From a virus (taxonomy: Duplodnaviria; Caudoviricetes), in the IMG/VR virus record IMGVR_UViG_3300027762_000035, positions 1-24,899 of that record: 24,899 bases of DNA; one strand, given 5' to 3'. Each line of letters begins with the position of its first letter. Positions within the stretch are counted from its first letter, which is position 1. A model generated the notes under the pieces. That model had not been told where the DNA came from and made no database searches. It saw only the letters and a program-made list of their open reading frames with translations. Of the stretch, positions 7,394-14,082 are shown piece after piece. Made by a program: the position numbers and the translations under genes.

Positions 7394-7443
7394 CAAACAT
7401 ACAACAAGGTTTTTTGTCCTGCAAACATTCCGCAAAGTTTTTT
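7394..7443 (-). promoter_or_regulatory. Bacteroidota primary-sigma promoter (early P1)
   Basis: TTTG-N20-TATGTTTG with an upstream A-tract and TTGC. Confidence 0.85.
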
Positions 7444-7472
7444 ACCCCGATGCGTAAAAATTATTTGCCCAC

Positions 7473-7502
7473 AAAAAAGACGGGCCGCCGTTGCGACCCG
7501 CC
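7473..7502 (-). terminator. Intrinsic terminator ending the lysis operon and the candidate sRNA
   Basis: GGCGGGTCGC-AACG-GCGGCCCGTC-TTTTTT, with two G-U pairs in the stem. Confidence 0.88.
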
Positions 7503-7541
7503 TTCGTGTATCAAACAACGAATACAACGGCGATGAACCGC
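7473..7541 (-). ncRNA. Candidate ~70-nt antisense sRNA targeting early-gene leaders
   Basis: Lies between a TAACTTTG -7 box and a terminator. Contains UUCAUCGCCGUUGUAUUCGUUGUUUGAU, complementary to several early leaders and start codons. Confidence 0.65.
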
Positions 7542-7545
7542 GCCG

Positions 7546-7574
7546 CAAAGTTAGTCCATAAACGACAAGCACAA
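7546..7574 (-). promoter_or_regulatory. Promoter for the candidate sRNA
   Basis: TTG-N18-TAACTTTG. The TAA also serves as the stop codon of the last lysis gene. Confidence 0.65.
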
Positions 7575-7760
7575 CGGCAACACGGCCACCGCGCACAACG
7601 CCACCGAAGTCCATTCAATCCCGTTCGCGGCGATATCGTTACAAGCCGTCAACGCAATGATTCCGCCAATCGTTCGTTTTGCCGACCACCGCCGTAGGTC
7701 GCCCTTTGTCTTGAACACCTCCGTGAAGTCGAACCGGCCCAACAAATCAAGGATTTTCAT
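7551..7760 (-). CDS. Small membrane protein, holin-like
   Basis: MKILDLL...WSAKRTIGGIIALTAC...WTSVALCAVAVLPLCLSFMD has two hydrophobic segments. ATG at 7760 in an ATGA overlap. Confidence 0.6.
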   Translation of the reverse strand: MKILDLLGRFDFTEVFKTKGDLRRWSAKRTIGGIIALTACNDIAANGIEWTSVALCAVAVLPLCLSFMD

Positions 7761-7912
7761 TTGCGCTTGTCCGGAATCAACGCGTTGATTAAGCGGGCCA
7801 ACGCCGACGAAATTTTGTTGTCCTTCGTCGACGGGGTTAGGTTGGCGATTACGTCGAAAAAGACGATTGCCGCCGGGACGATTACCGCCCAATTTGCCAA
7901 AAGGAATTCCAT
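7757..7912 (-). CDS. 51-aa membrane protein, holin-like
   Basis: MEFLLANWAVIVPAAIVFFDVIANLTPSTKDNKISSALARLINALIPDKRK. Not in the ORF track. Confidence 0.7.
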   Translation of the reverse strand: MEFLLANWAVIVPAAIVFFDVIANLTPSTKDNKISSALARLINALIPDKRK

Positions 7913-7923
7913 TGCGTTTCAAT

Positions 7924-8373
7924 TTATAGGTTGGTAAGCGGTGGCAACGCGTTTGATTCGTCCAACTTCAAATCGCTGAACTTGTCGGCGACCTTAAACG
8001 ACGGACACGCCTTCGCGTTGGTGAAATCGTTGTGGCCGTAAACTTCAAGCGGCCCGTATTGCGCGCGTAACGTTTTGACGATGGAACGAAACGCGGCTTG
8101 TTGTTTCTCGTTCATCGTGTCTTTGGCTTTGCCGTTCTCCATCCCGCCAACGTAGCAAACGCCAACGCTATTTTCATTCCAGCCCAAAACGTGAGCGCCG
8201 ACCTTTTGAAGCGCGCGGCCCAATTCGACCTTGCCCGACAATCGTATTACATAGTGGTATCCGATATCCGACCATTTGCGCGCTTTGTGCCATTGCCGAA
8301 TTTCTTTGGCGCCGACGTCTTGCGTTGGGTTTGTCGCTGAACAATGCAGGACAATGAATTTCAGTTTACGCAT
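7924..8373 (-). CDS. Endolysin, N-acetylmuramoyl-L-alanine amidase (T7 lysozyme-like)
   Basis: IVLHCSAT...WHKARKWSDIGYHYVI...GAHVLGWNENSVGVCYVGG...GHNDF..KACPSF. Confidence 0.95.
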   Translation of the reverse strand: MRKLKFIVLHCSATNPTQDVGAKEIRQWHKARKWSDIGYHYVIRLSGKVELGRALQKVGAHVLGWNENSVGVCYVGGMENGKAKDTMNEKQQAAFRSIVKTLRAQYGPLEVYGHNDFTNAKACPSFKVADKFSDLKLDESNALPPLTNL

Positions 8374-8551
8374 TGAACATAGTTTTCAGCCACGATAAAA
8401 CGGACAACGCGAACGCTCCAAGCGCCGTCCAATACTTGCGCTCCAAATTGGTAATACGCTTGTCGAAATCATCGTTGTTGCCGTGTAGGTAATCCAACTT
8501 TGTTTCGATTCGCGTTATCGCGCGTTCCATCTTGTTTAATTGTTCTTGCAT
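8366..8551 (-). CDS. Coiled-coil + C-terminal TM protein (XhlA-like lysis accessory)
   Basis: Heptad pattern ITRIETKLD...RITNLERK followed by hydrophobic YWTALGAFALSVLSWL. Coupled to the endolysin gene. Confidence 0.65.
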   Translation of the reverse strand: MQEQLNKMERAITRIETKLDYLHGNNDDFDKRITNLERKYWTALGAFALSVLSWLKTMFNA

Positions 8552-8596
8552 CTAACCAAACCTTCAAAAGTTGTTCGTTGCGTTTCCGGGTCGATT

Positions 8597-9151
8597 TCAA
8601 CACGTTGAATACAATTCAAGGTTTTGCGTGTATCGCCCGCTTCCCCGGCTGAACGTCAACCCCGATTGATAGTAAACGAAGGGTTGCGCGCAAATCCGGT
8701 TTTGAAGGTTGGTCGTGTATTCCGGGATTGACGCCGTATTGTGACACAAATACTTGTGCATTTGCGCCGTGTAGAAATTGGCGTTCTGCCTGCAACGTTC
8801 AATTTCCCGGTGCAAATCGTCCGGCGTAATTGCGCTTGTGTTGTCCGAACTACGGATAACCAAACCGCCGTTGTCAATCTTGACGTGAAGCGTCGGCAAA
8901 AGTTCAACCATTGTCCACCAAGCAAGCGCCTTGCGCGCGTACGTTTCCACAAGGGTTTGATACGCACCGGCAAGCGTGTTGCCTGCAATCTTCGTCCGTA
9001 GCGCGTCGTACAAATCCGAACCCAAGTACAATTGTAGCGTCTTGTCTTGCGCAATTAAGACGGCTTGTGAAATGTAGTTTTCATCGACGCCGCCGTTCAG
9101 CATCGTTGTACGCTTCAAGTAATTCGGCGAAATGAAAAGAACTTCGGGCAT
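8597..9151 (-). CDS. Head-tail adaptor/connector (putative)
   Basis: Directly after the portal. LFISPNYLK...IAQDKTLQLYLGSDLYDAL resembles Bacteroidota phage adaptors. Confidence 0.65.
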   Translation of the reverse strand: MPEVLFISPNYLKRTTMLNGGVDENYISQAVLIAQDKTLQLYLGSDLYDALRTKIAGNTLAGAYQTLVETYARKALAWWTMVELLPTLHVKIDNGGLVIRSSDNTSAITPDDLHREIERCRQNANFYTAQMHKYLCHNTASIPEYTTNLQNRICAQPFVYYQSGLTFSRGSGRYTQNLELYSTC

Positions 9152-9152
9152 C

Positions 9153-10994
9153 TTATCGGGGCGTTGTGAATTTTCGTGGCTTCAGAAATCCGCGGTTCTT
9201 CATATCCCGCGGGCGTTGCGCAACGCGCTTGTCGTTTTCTTCCAAGCGGTTTTTGTTCTTGTCTTCAAGCGGCAACGAACCAATGATTCGTTTCGCTTCG
9301 TTAACCGAAATCAAATTGTTGTTTTTCTTCAAATACGTTTGCCGCATCCAGTAATGCCGACAACTTCCGCCGCCTTTGTAAAACCAAATGTTGTATGTGT
9401 CCGCTCCGCCCGGCCCCCATCCCGGATTCACCGCTTGACTACCGGCGGCAATGATATCTTCCTTGCGATATACCTTCATTGCTTGAATCATACGCGAACA
9501 GAAATCGCGTGAATCGTCGTCGGCAAGCGTCGTCGGCGCGTACGCGTACCGAACCCGGACAATATCGTTGTCCTGTTCGCTTGTTTTGCTTGGAGCGTTG
9601 CGAATCGTACGGGCAAACGCCCAAGCCGAATCCAACACGTTTTCGTTGTCGTAATCAACCGGCCGTTCGTCCACCAATTCCCAATCCGCGTCCATCGTTT
9701 CGCCGCGTTCCGTCAAGTAATCCAGCGCCGCGCTGAAATTCATTTGAAGCGCCGTTTCGGTTTGTTCTGCAAACAAACGTTCGGCGGCCTCAACCGGGAA
9801 TTGTAACATCGTCACAAGCAATTGAACGCCTTGCGCCTTGGTCAATTCGCCCAAGCCAACCTTCGCGATAATATCAAGCGCGCTTGAAACTTGAATATCG
9901 GTGTACGATTGCGTAACGTCGGCCGTTTCCACCGCTTGCCCGATTGGGTGTACTTTGTCCGCGATGCCGCAAGCGTTAATTAGCGTTTGGCAAGCGTCAA
10001 GCAAAAGTTGCTTGTTGGGTTGAATTACTTGTTCGTCAAAAAGTTCGGCCGATTCCGCCAATTCCGCGCCGCCGCCCAACTTGCCCGGAACCATTACGCC
10101 GAACATTTGCGGGTTCGTGACGCGGTGGCCAATCATAATTTTGGCCGTCGTTTCCTCCGACAAAAATTGGTATTGTTTGTCGGCATCGGACAACGGGAAG
10201 GGTTCAATTGACGGGCGACGTTCGGGCGTGTCCGAAAACGTCATAAAAAACTTGCCCGCGTTCTGTGCGCCCGTCGTTTCGCGCTCGATGTTGTTTCGGA
10301 TTTGGCGGCGTTCTTCGTCGTCCGGGATGCCGTTTGAAAAGTGAATTGCAAACGACGGCGACAACCCGTTTTTGATGTTGTTTATATGGAAAACGGATAC
10401 TTCTTTTTCCAGTTCAATGTAATTGATAGCGCCGACGTAATCGGGTTTTGCGTAGTATTCGGCGCCAATCGTGAACGGGCGCACCGCCAAAACCTGAATC
10501 GGTTGTTCGTTCTTCAACTTGGAATTGAAGCGCGGCAATACCTCCGGTTCCTTGTCGTTTTTCCAGTCCTTGGAATAATAATAGTACCCAATTTCTTCGT
10601 CTTCGTTTGCTACGCCGCACCGGATATTTTCAAACGGAATGTGCCGAACGTTTGCAATTGTCGTCCTATCGAGCGACCAAATAACCTCCAAGTAAAAACC
10701 CGCTTGCACCTTCAAATCCATTGCGCATTTGCGCAATTCTTCGTTGATATCCCATTGTGCAAGCAACATCCTACCTTCAAGCGTGTTCGCGTCGAACCCT
10801 TGCCCGAATATCATTTGGGCAATCGTGTTGCACAACGCGTTGTGTGTAGGCGACGCGTGAAATAACTCAATCAAATACCCCGGAAAATTGTTGTCGTCGC
10901 CGTATTCAACCCATTCTTCGGTAATCTTTTCGCGGTGCGAACGTTGTTCGTACTTCGCAAGCGCCAACACATTTGCCGTCTGTTTAGTTTTCAT
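9153..10994 (-). CDS. Portal protein with C-terminal extension
   Basis: WVEYGDDNNFPGYLIELFHASPTHNA...YYAKPDY...FHINNIKNGLSPS...GAQNAGKF...IMIGHRVTNP. Start moved to the ATG at 10994. Confidence 0.85.
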   Translation of the reverse strand: MKTKQTANVLALAKYEQRSHREKITEEWVEYGDDNNFPGYLIELFHASPTHNALCNTIAQMIFGQGFDANTLEGRMLLAQWDINEELRKCAMDLKVQAGFYLEVIWSLDRTTIANVRHIPFENIRCGVANEDEEIGYYYYSKDWKNDKEPEVLPRFNSKLKNEQPIQVLAVRPFTIGAEYYAKPDYVGAINYIELEKEVSVFHINNIKNGLSPSFAIHFSNGIPDDEERRQIRNNIERETTGAQNAGKFFMTFSDTPERRPSIEPFPLSDADKQYQFLSEETTAKIMIGHRVTNPQMFGVMVPGKLGGGAELAESAELFDEQVIQPNKQLLLDACQTLINACGIADKVHPIGQAVETADVTQSYTDIQVSSALDIIAKVGLGELTKAQGVQLLVTMLQFPVEAAERLFAEQTETALQMNFSAALDYLTERGETMDADWELVDERPVDYDNENVLDSAWAFARTIRNAPSKTSEQDNDIVRVRYAYAPTTLADDDSRDFCSRMIQAMKVYRKEDIIAAGSQAVNPGWGPGGADTYNIWFYKGGGSCRHYWMRQTYLKKNNNLISVNEAKRIIGSLPLEDKNKNRLEENDKRVAQRPRDMKNRGFLKPRKFTTPR

Positions 10995-11379
10995 AATAGA
11001 CGTAATCGGTTGGGATTGCGATTGTCGGGAATTGGGTAATCGACGGGCCATTGATTTTCAAAGTTCCTTGTTCAACTTGGGCGACCACATTCACGTTGCT
11101 TGGGTTCTTGTTCGTGCTTGAATTCTGAACATAAACGAAGTAATCGAATTCGCCAAATTCAGTAATCAAAACGTTGTTCGTGTTGTCGATGTTGGTTCGG
11201 ACACGGATTGCGGTATATCGCGGGTTGTCCGTTTCTACATCGGCCACAAAATAAAACGTTTCGCGCGTCGTGCGGTTCACCAACTGAAAAAGGTAGTGCG
11301 TGTAAGAATAATCCCGCGCGGCGTCCTGCAACGTCAAGTATATGATTTGTTCGCCTGAATTGGGGTTTAGGTATAGCAT
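10984..11379 (-). CDS. Virion-associated protein (possible head completion/stopper)
   Basis: 131-aa beta-rich ORF between the tail tube and portal genes. Confidence 0.55.
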   Translation of the reverse strand: MLYLNPNSGEQIIYLTLQDAARDYSYTHYLFQLVNRTTRETFYFVADVETDNPRYTAIRVRTNIDNTNNVLITEFGEFDYFVYVQNSSTNKNPSNVNVVAQVEQGTLKINGPSITQFPTIAIPTDYVYYEN

Positions 11380-11402
11380 CGTTCTAATAACGCATTATTG
11401 GG

Positions 11403-11430
11403 AAAAAAATACGGCCCCGTAGGGCCGCAT
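11403..11430 (-). terminator. Intrinsic terminator after capsid and tail-tube genes
   Basis: ATGCGGCCC-TACG-GGGCCGTAT-TTTTTT. Confidence 0.88.
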
Positions 11431-11451
11431 CTTTTATCGTGTCCTTTGGCA

Positions 11452-11970
11452 TTAGTTGCCCGCGGTGAACGTCAACAACGTTTGCGTTCCGGTGAGGAAC
11501 GGCGCCGGTACTTTTTCCTCCGCCGTAAACGTCAACGTGTAGCCGTACAAATCGCCGGGGTTGGTTCCCGTTACGAATGTTCCGCCCGTTACCAAGCATC
11601 CGTTAGAATGCCCAAGAATTACTTTGTCGCCGTTCAGGGTTTCGACAATTACAATCAAATGCCCTTTTACCAAATCCGCAATTTCAGCATTCACGCCCGC
11701 TTCCATTTTCGGAATCGTGCATTCAAATACTTGCGAATAAAAGACGGAACCCGTCGCAACTTCGGCGTTGATTGTTTGGGTCAATTGGCTTGCGTTTTTC
11801 ACAAGGTCGAACCCGTAAACAATCTTTGCCGAAGTAGCGTCGGTAAGCGCACCGGCCGTCGGTGTGCCGAAAATTCCGTCCGCGAACGTCCCAATCCAAG
11901 CGCGTTTGACGCCTCCGATGGCATCGCGACAAGGAATGCCGCGGCCCGAAATTGTGATTGTGCAAGCCAT
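11452..11970 (-). CDS. Major tail (tube) protein (putative)
   Basis: MACTITISGRGIPCRDAIGGVK...GSVFYSQ...GDLYGYTLTFTAEE resembles a Bacteroidota siphovirus structural family. Co-transcribed with the capsid gene up to a terminator. Confidence 0.65.
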   Translation of the reverse strand: MACTITISGRGIPCRDAIGGVKRAWIGTFADGIFGTPTAGALTDATSAKIVYGFDLVKNASQLTQTINAEVATGSVFYSQVFECTIPKMEAGVNAEIADLVKGHLIVIVETLNGDKVILGHSNGCLVTGGTFVTGTNPGDLYGYTLTFTAEEKVPAPFLTGTQTLLTFTAGN

Positions 11971-11983
11971 CTTATTTCAAGAA

Positions 11984-12913
11984 TTAGGAAGTACGGCGCG
12001 CAATTGCGTACGAATCGTGGTCGACGATTTGACAACCGGCGGTTAGCGCAACCATTGCCCGCGTTGCATCTTCCAAGGTTGATTCATTCAGGTTGGCAAC
12101 CGCGGCCGCCGTTGCGAAATCGTTGCCCGTCAAATCGGTTCCGAATGCAAGGTTTTCGGGCTTGGTAAACAGGAACGTATCGGCGGGCATACCGCGCGGC
12201 GTTACAATGCGATATCCGGCGTATTGTGCAACTTGTTCGTTCGGCAAGTACAACGAACCATTGGCCGAACCCAACGCCGCGTAATACAACGCCTTCATAC
12301 CGGGCGACATATACAAATAGGTGTCCGGGTCGCCTGCGATATCGCCGGGGATTGCGGCCGCAAGCGCGGCAAGGCGGGTCAAAATGTTTGAAGCATCCGT
12401 TGCGCCCGTCAAGGTTTGTTCAACGGCCGGGGTTGCCGCGACAATCTTTGCCAACCAACCATTCAAGTACGTCACGGCCGTTCCGCCCGACGTTGCGCCG
12501 CTTGTCGAATTGTAGGCGCCGCGCCACATACCAACTTCAACATCCTTTGCGGCTTGTGCGATAACGTACCGAAGCATTGCTTCGTTCGTGCTTGCCGGTG
12601 CGGTGCGGCTGTCGCGCATCATATCCGCTTCCCAAGTTGCCGACAAATCCGAATTGCACAATTGCAATTTGATTTCCAGTTTGGTAGTGGCAAGGATAAC
12701 TTCGCCCAAGGTCGCGGCGCCGCCGTCAAACCCGCAAGTACGCGCCCGAAGGGAAGCGCCGGACATTTTCCGAAGAACCGCCGTACCAACGACGTTCGGA
12801 TACAAGTTGCACCAATTGTTTACGATTGTGTCCGCCGCCATAATTGCGGGCGTCACATACGGAAGCGCGGCTTTGCCCGCGTACGTTCCGGTTCCGGCCG
12901 TTACGTTTGCCAT
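11984..12913 (-). CDS. Major capsid protein
   Basis: 309 aa, after protease and scaffold. TYAGKAALPY...LCNSDLSATWEA...KPENLAFGTDL. Confidence 0.8.
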   Translation of the reverse strand: MANVTAGTGTYAGKAALPYVTPAIMAADTIVNNWCNLYPNVVGTAVLRKMSGASLRARTCGFDGGAATLGEVILATTKLEIKLQLCNSDLSATWEADMMRDSRTAPASTNEAMLRYVIAQAAKDVEVGMWRGAYNSTSGATSGGTAVTYLNGWLAKIVAATPAVEQTLTGATDASNILTRLAALAAAIPGDIAGDPDTYLYMSPGMKALYYAALGSANGSLYLPNEQVAQYAGYRIVTPRGMPADTFLFTKPENLAFGTDLTGNDFATAAAVANLNESTLEDATRAMVALTAGCQIVDHDSYAIARRTS

Positions 12914-12928
12914 TTCTTTTTTTGAGGT

Positions 12929-13468
12929 TTAGGAATTTGCCATTAGAATTCGGACACGCTCCGTTTCAGACAACGAAGCCAATTCCGAAAGATTCACTTT
13001 GTTGCGTTTTGCAACGCGTTCAACGCCTTTTGCGGCGGGTTGCTTTGCAAGGTTTTCAATTACTTGTTCCTTTTCTGCAAAGCGCGCTTCAAAAGACGCT
13101 TGTACACCTTGGATTGCGTCGGCAATCATTTGTGCAACGTCTTCGCGGGTCAATACTTCGGCCGCCGCTTCAACTTCGGTTTCGTCTTTTGCCGCGTCTT
13201 CCGTTTCCGGTTCCATCCATTCAGCAACCGCGCCTTCCGCGACAACGAATTTCACGCCCGAATCCAGCGTGTAATCCCCATCGGGCAACGGGATTTGTTC
13301 GCCTTCATCATTGACGACAAAAACGGCAACCCCAACGGCCCATTCTTCGGCGTCCGTTTGGATTGTTTGGCCGCTATCAAGGACGGCCGATGCGAACGCT
13401 TGCGCTTCGGCGGACAATGCCGTTGCCGCGTTCATTAGCATCTTCGCAACGCGTTGTTTCAAATCCAT
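12929..13468 (-). CDS. Capsid scaffolding protein
   Basis: Acidic, with VGVAVFVVNDEGEQIPLPDGDYTL and a coiled coil. Lies between protease and capsid genes. Confidence 0.7.
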   Translation of the reverse strand: MDLKQRVAKMLMNAATALSAEAQAFASAVLDSGQTIQTDAEEWAVGVAVFVVNDEGEQIPLPDGDYTLDSGVKFVVAEGAVAEWMEPETEDAAKDETEVEAAAEVLTREDVAQMIADAIQGVQASFEARFAEKEQVIENLAKQPAAKGVERVAKRNKVNLSELASLSETERVRILMANS

Positions 13469-13470
13469 TT

Positions 13471-14082
13471 TCAAAAGGTTTTATTGGTATAACGATTCGA
13501 TTTCAAGATGTTGACAAGTTCACCCAAAGATTCGTCGAATTTTTCCCACGAGAAATCCGCGTTCATCTTGTCTTCAGTTTCGCGGCGGGCAAACAATCCT
13601 TCAATTGAAAACCCTTTGACCTTGCCGCCTTTGACCCATTCGTTCCACAACGTTTCATCATCAATCTTCATTGACGCCATCCACGTTCCACGTGGAACAT
13701 TCATACCATAGTGGCGGGATTTGTCTTTGTCGCCTTCAACAATCCACGATTCGACAAGCGTTGTGCCTTTTACCGGCGCTTGATGTTCCAAGGTCGCGTT
13801 GGCTTGGTTCCCTGCAATGAAATACAATTCCATTGCCCGCCGTATCGTTTCCTTACTGAAGTACACAAAAAATTCTTCGTCGTCTTTGCGCCGGTAAATT
13901 GGTTTGTCCGGAATCAATACCGGCCCCAATACAATACGACGTTCCTTGTCGATTGTCTTAAACTGAAATTCGGCGGATAACGCCACGAAATCCGCTTCGA
14001 TTGCAGGCGCTTCAACAAGCGATATCGCTTGGATGCCGTAGGCGTCCGCGTCTTCGTCAATTACAAGTTCAAAAATGGTCAT
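13471..14082 (-). CDS. Prohead protease (XkdF-like serine protease)
   Basis: AISLVEAPAIE...GPVLIPDKPIYR...TLEH...VESWIV...GTW...VKGFSIEG. Confidence 0.85.
   Translation of the reverse strand: MTIFELVIDEDADAYGIQAISLVEAPAIEADFVALSAEFQFKTIDKERRIVLGPVLIPDKPIYRRKDDEEFFVYFSKETIRRAMELYFIAGNQANATLEHQAPVKGTTLVESWIVEGDKDKSRHYGMNVPRGTWMASMKIDDETLWNEWVKGGKVKGFSIEGLFARRETEDKMNADFSWEKFDESLGELVNILKSNRYTNKTF

Noticed and set aside
2187-7435. Longer ORF-track starts at 2228, 3437, 3619, 4308, 5602 and 7424
   Set aside because: They run through promoters or other genes. Downstream ATGs with the leader box or coupling to a neighbour fit better.
7533-7697. Plus-strand 54-aa ORF preceded by a leader-like ATCAAACAAC...CGATG
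   Set aside because: It is antisense to a lysis gene, the peptide is implausible, and there is no consensus plus-strand promoter (ATTATTTG only). The flanking promoter and terminator both point to the minus strand. Kept only as the alternative to the sRNA model.
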